Shown here piece by piece: positions 61,971 to 64,000 of a stretch of 64,000 bases of DNA. The stretch's first letter is position 1. Each line of letters starts with the position of its first letter. The notes under the pieces are model-generated. The model worked only from the letters and a program-made list of their open reading frames with translations, had not been told where the DNA came from and made no database searches. This stretch comes from an uncultured Acidobacteriota bacterium. Lineage in GTDB: Bacteria > Acidobacteriota > Thermoanaerobaculia > UBA5066 > Gp7-AA6. Where the stretch lies: positions 105,445-169,444 of the forward strand of contig CAVRRE010000015.1 of the NCBI GenBank assembly GCA_963723535.1. Direction: 5' to 3'. The position numbers and the translations under genes were made by a program.

Positions 61971-62453
61971 TCATGATTTTTCTTGCTTCCTTTCCGGCGC
62001 GTATTCGAAGGAGGAGGTGGTCAGGAGGAAGGTCGCCAGGGCCCGGGCCACTTCCCGGCCGGCGCCGTCCACGATCTGCACTTCCCCCACGTTGACGCGC
62101 TGTCCTTTCTTGATGATGCGAGCCCGCGCCCGAACGTCCCCCCGCGCGCGGCGCAGGTAGTGGATCGTCATGTCGGCGGTCGCGAACCCCATCTTCCCGT
62201 CGAAGTTGGTGGCCAGGGCGAAGGCCACGGCCGTGTCCGCGAGCATCGCGAGCACCCCGCCGTGAATCGTGCCCGAGCCGTTGGTGATCTGTTCGCGGGC
62301 CGGCAGCCGCAGGACGCAATGGTCCAGCCCGAGCTCATCGAGGCTCGGGGACAGCCAACCCAGGGCGGGCGAGTCGGCGAGGCGTTTCCGCAGGCGCTGC
62401 AGGAGGTCGGGGGCGATCCCCGCCGGCTCCCGCGTGGCCGGTTGAAGGCTCAC
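61971..62453 (-). CDS. PaaI-family hotdog-fold thioesterase, intact
   Basis: ...LPAREQITNGSGTIHGGVLAMLADTAVAFALAT...GFATADMTIHYLRRARGDVRARARIIKKGQRVNVGEVQIVD (HGG...D motif). Confidence 0.8.
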   Translation of the reverse strand: MSLQPATREPAGIAPDLLQRLRKRLADSPALGWLSPSLDELGLDHCVLRLPAREQITNGSGTIHGGVLAMLADTAVAFALATNFDGKMGFATADMTIHYLRRARGDVRARARIIKKGQRVNVGEVQIVDGAGREVARALATFLLTTSSFEYAPERKQEKS

Positions 62454-62500
62454 GAAGTCCCCATTCTATGCGATTTCGGGTCGGGGCCCGGCGGAGGCGG

Positions 62501-62735
62501 TCAGTCCGCGGGCTCCTCCGGGGCCTCTTTTTCCTTCTCGTAGTAGGGCAGCTCCTCCGCCCGCCGGGTCGAGTTGTCGAGGTGCCGGGGAACCTCGACG
62601 ATCGTCCGCGTCACGTTGGGGTCGCAGATCTCGTTCTCGCACTCGTAGGTGTAGACGTTCTTCTCGGGTCCCTTGCGGAACTTGACGATCGTCTGGTAGC
62701 TGTCGCAGTTGCCGCACTTCACCGACATCATGAAG
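62501..62735 (-). CDS. small Cys-rich (zinc-ribbon-like) hypothetical protein
   Basis: MMSVKCGNCDSYQTIVKFRKGPEKNVYTYECENEICDPNVTRTIVEVPRHLDNSTRRAEELPYYEKEKEAPEEPAD*; CxxC...CxxxxC pattern. Confidence 0.4.
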
Positions 62736-62815
62736 ATGTCGATGACGTGGCAGGTCGGGGGCGTCTTCGGCGGCCATCGACACCCGATGATACGCTCGCG
62801 CGCCAGCGAGGTCGA

Positions 62816-63271
62816 CATGTTGCGACGCACGATGGCCGCCGCCGCTCTCCTCGGCGCCTCCATTCTTCTCGCCGAAGAGGGGGTCCTCGAGAAGACGATC
62901 CCGTTTCCCCGCGACCGCTACGGAGAGGTCAAGCTCGTCTACAAGAAGTGCACGATCCGAGACGCTCCAGGCCAACAACTACCCCGACGAGGAGGACATC
63001 GAAAAGGCCCGGGCCAACGACCCGAAGGACACCTCGTGGCTCTGGTGGCAGTTCGATCGTCGACAACCGCGGGCCGGAGAAATTCAAGATCAAGCTCGCC
63101 GTCGAGGTGCTCGACAAGGACGGGAAGATCATCAAGGCGACCGACCGCAGCGTGACGATCGACGGTTTCGACGACGAGTCGTACCGGCTCTCGATGCGGA
63201 TGCGTACGCTGGACGCCGCCGATGCGCCCAAGGTCCGGGTGCGTGCCCAGTTCGTCCACGACAAGAAGTAG
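62816..63271 (+). CDS. small secreted hypothetical protein (~150 aa), two frameshifts
   Basis: MLRRTMAAAALLGASILLA (signal peptide) EEGVLEKTIPFPRDRYGEVKLVYKKCTIRDA | QANNYPDEEDIEKARANDPKDTSWLWWQF | IVDNRGPEKFKIKLAVEVLDKDGKIIKATDRSVTIDGFDDESYRLSMRMRTLDAADAPKVRVRAQFVHDKK*. Confidence 0.45.
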   Translation, partial: HVATHDGRRRSPRRLHSSRRRGGPREDDPVSPRPLRRGQARLQEVHDPRRSRPTTTPTRRTSKRPGPTTRRTPRGSGGSSIVDNRGPEKFKIKLAVEVLDKDGKIIKATDRSVTIDGFDDESYRLSMRMRTLDAADAPKVRVRAQFVHDKK

Positions 63272-63299
63272 CGCCGGCGCGCCGCCTCCCGGGGACGAC

Positions 63300-64000
63300 G
63301 CCGCCGCGCGCGAGGGCCTCGCTCACCGCGAACGCCGCGGGGGTCGTCGCGGTCGAGGGCGAGGACCGCGCCGCCTTCCTCCAGGGCCAGCTCACCCAGG
63401 ACGTGCGCGGCCTCGCACCCGGGCAGTCCCGCCCGGCGGCGGGCCTGACGCCGAAGGGCAAGCTGCTCTACTTCGGCCGGCTCGTCGCGGAGGCCGATCG
63501 GCTGCTGCTCCTGGTTCCGGCCGAGGCCGCGCCCAGCCGTGACCGCGCACCTCGGGAAGTACGCGGCATTCCAGAAGGCCACGGTGCGCGATGCGACGGC
63601 CGACTACCTGCGCGTCGCCCTCTACGGCCCGCGGGCAGCAGGCCTTCACGACTCCCGCCGGCGCCACCCGGCTGCCGGCGCGAGTGGGAGCTCGCCGGCG
63701 AGATCCTGGCCCCCTCGGCGGCGCGGGAGGCGATCCTCGCGAGTCTCTCGGCGGCCGGCTCCGCCGCACTCTCGGAGCCCGCGGCCGAGGTCCTGCGTGT
63801 CGAGGCCGGACGCCCCCGCTTTCGACAGGACGCGACCGAGGCGAATCTGGCCGACGAGGTCGGGCTCGAGGCGGCGATCTCGACGCACAAAGGCTGCTAC
63901 GTGGGCCAGGAGATCGTCGCGCGGATGCGGACCTACGGGCGGGTCAACCGGCGCCTGGCCGGCTTCCGCTTTCCGGCGGGGCCGGTCGCGGCCGGCACGA
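63300..64000 (+). CDS. ygfZ: YgfZ/CAF17-family folate-binding protein (GcvT-like), partial at the window end, frameshifted
   Basis: ...GVVAVEGEDRAAFLQGQLTQDVRGLAPGQSRPAAGLTPKGKLLYFGRLVAEADRLLLLVPAEAAP | AVTAHLGKYAAFQKATVRDATADYLRVALYGP... and the family signature ...HKGCYVGQEIVARMRTYGRVNRRLAGFRF near 63880-63960. Confidence 0.65.

Noticed and set aside
1-64000. CRISPR arrays, rRNA/tRNA genes, transposases/IS elements, prophage genes
   Set aside because: No regularly spaced direct repeats, no tRNA-like or rRNA-like sequence and no transposase or integrase other than chromosomal xerD were recognised. A scan by eye cannot exclude short repeats.

Overview
This is a ~70% GC bacterial chromosomal segment in which nearly every long reading frame is real coding sequence; the six-frame track is dominated by antisense and shifted-frame artefacts because stop codons are rare. 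Genes were called by recognising conserved protein families on both strands.

Contents, in order along the window:
- 1-11 kb: housekeeping genes, including a partial dnaE and guaA.
- 14.9-24.7 kb: a ~10 kb translationally coupled operon for the beta-lysine / 3,5-diaminohexanoate route of lysine degradation (kdd, kamD, kamE, kal, kce). It also carries a putative cyclase, two unassigned ORFs, an APC permease and a PSMA-like peptidase, and is flanked upstream by an M28 peptidase and a ParB-fold protein.
- 25.5-33.5 kb: a minus-strand block containing xerD, a LeuA-like synthase, a beta-barrel outer membrane protein, a fused 3-hydroxyacyl-CoA dehydrogenase/crotonase, a secreted hypothetical protein plus a small partner, and a thiolase.
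- 33.5-39.7 kb: a lipoprotein/serine-hydrolase pair and a Ser/Thr kinase(PEGA)-TPR-DUF1684 operon.
- 39.7-46.8 kb: NUDIX, prfB (with its natural +1 programmed frameshift site), lnt, lipA, a SPOR protein and an SPFH/NfeD pair.
- 46.8-51.2 kb: a cluster resembling bacterial ceramide synthesis (PAP2, GNAT-type bCerS-like acyltransferase, serine palmitoyltransferase, CerR-like epimerase).
- 51.2-64.0 kb: an M1 aminopeptidase, aspartate aminotransferase, a CaCA antiporter, TrmH, an AMMECR1 protein, an archaeal-type GAPDH-like gene, an NYN-LOTUS protein, a PaaI thioesterase and a partial ygfZ.

More than 30 of these genes carry single-nucleotide frameshifts, unevenly distributed (dense at 40-56 kb, nearly absent at 25.5-33.5 kb). 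This most likely reflects indel-prone assembly rather than mass pseudogenisation. Gene boundaries are approximate to within a few bases.

No CRISPR arrays, rRNA/tRNA genes or obvious mobile elements were seen.
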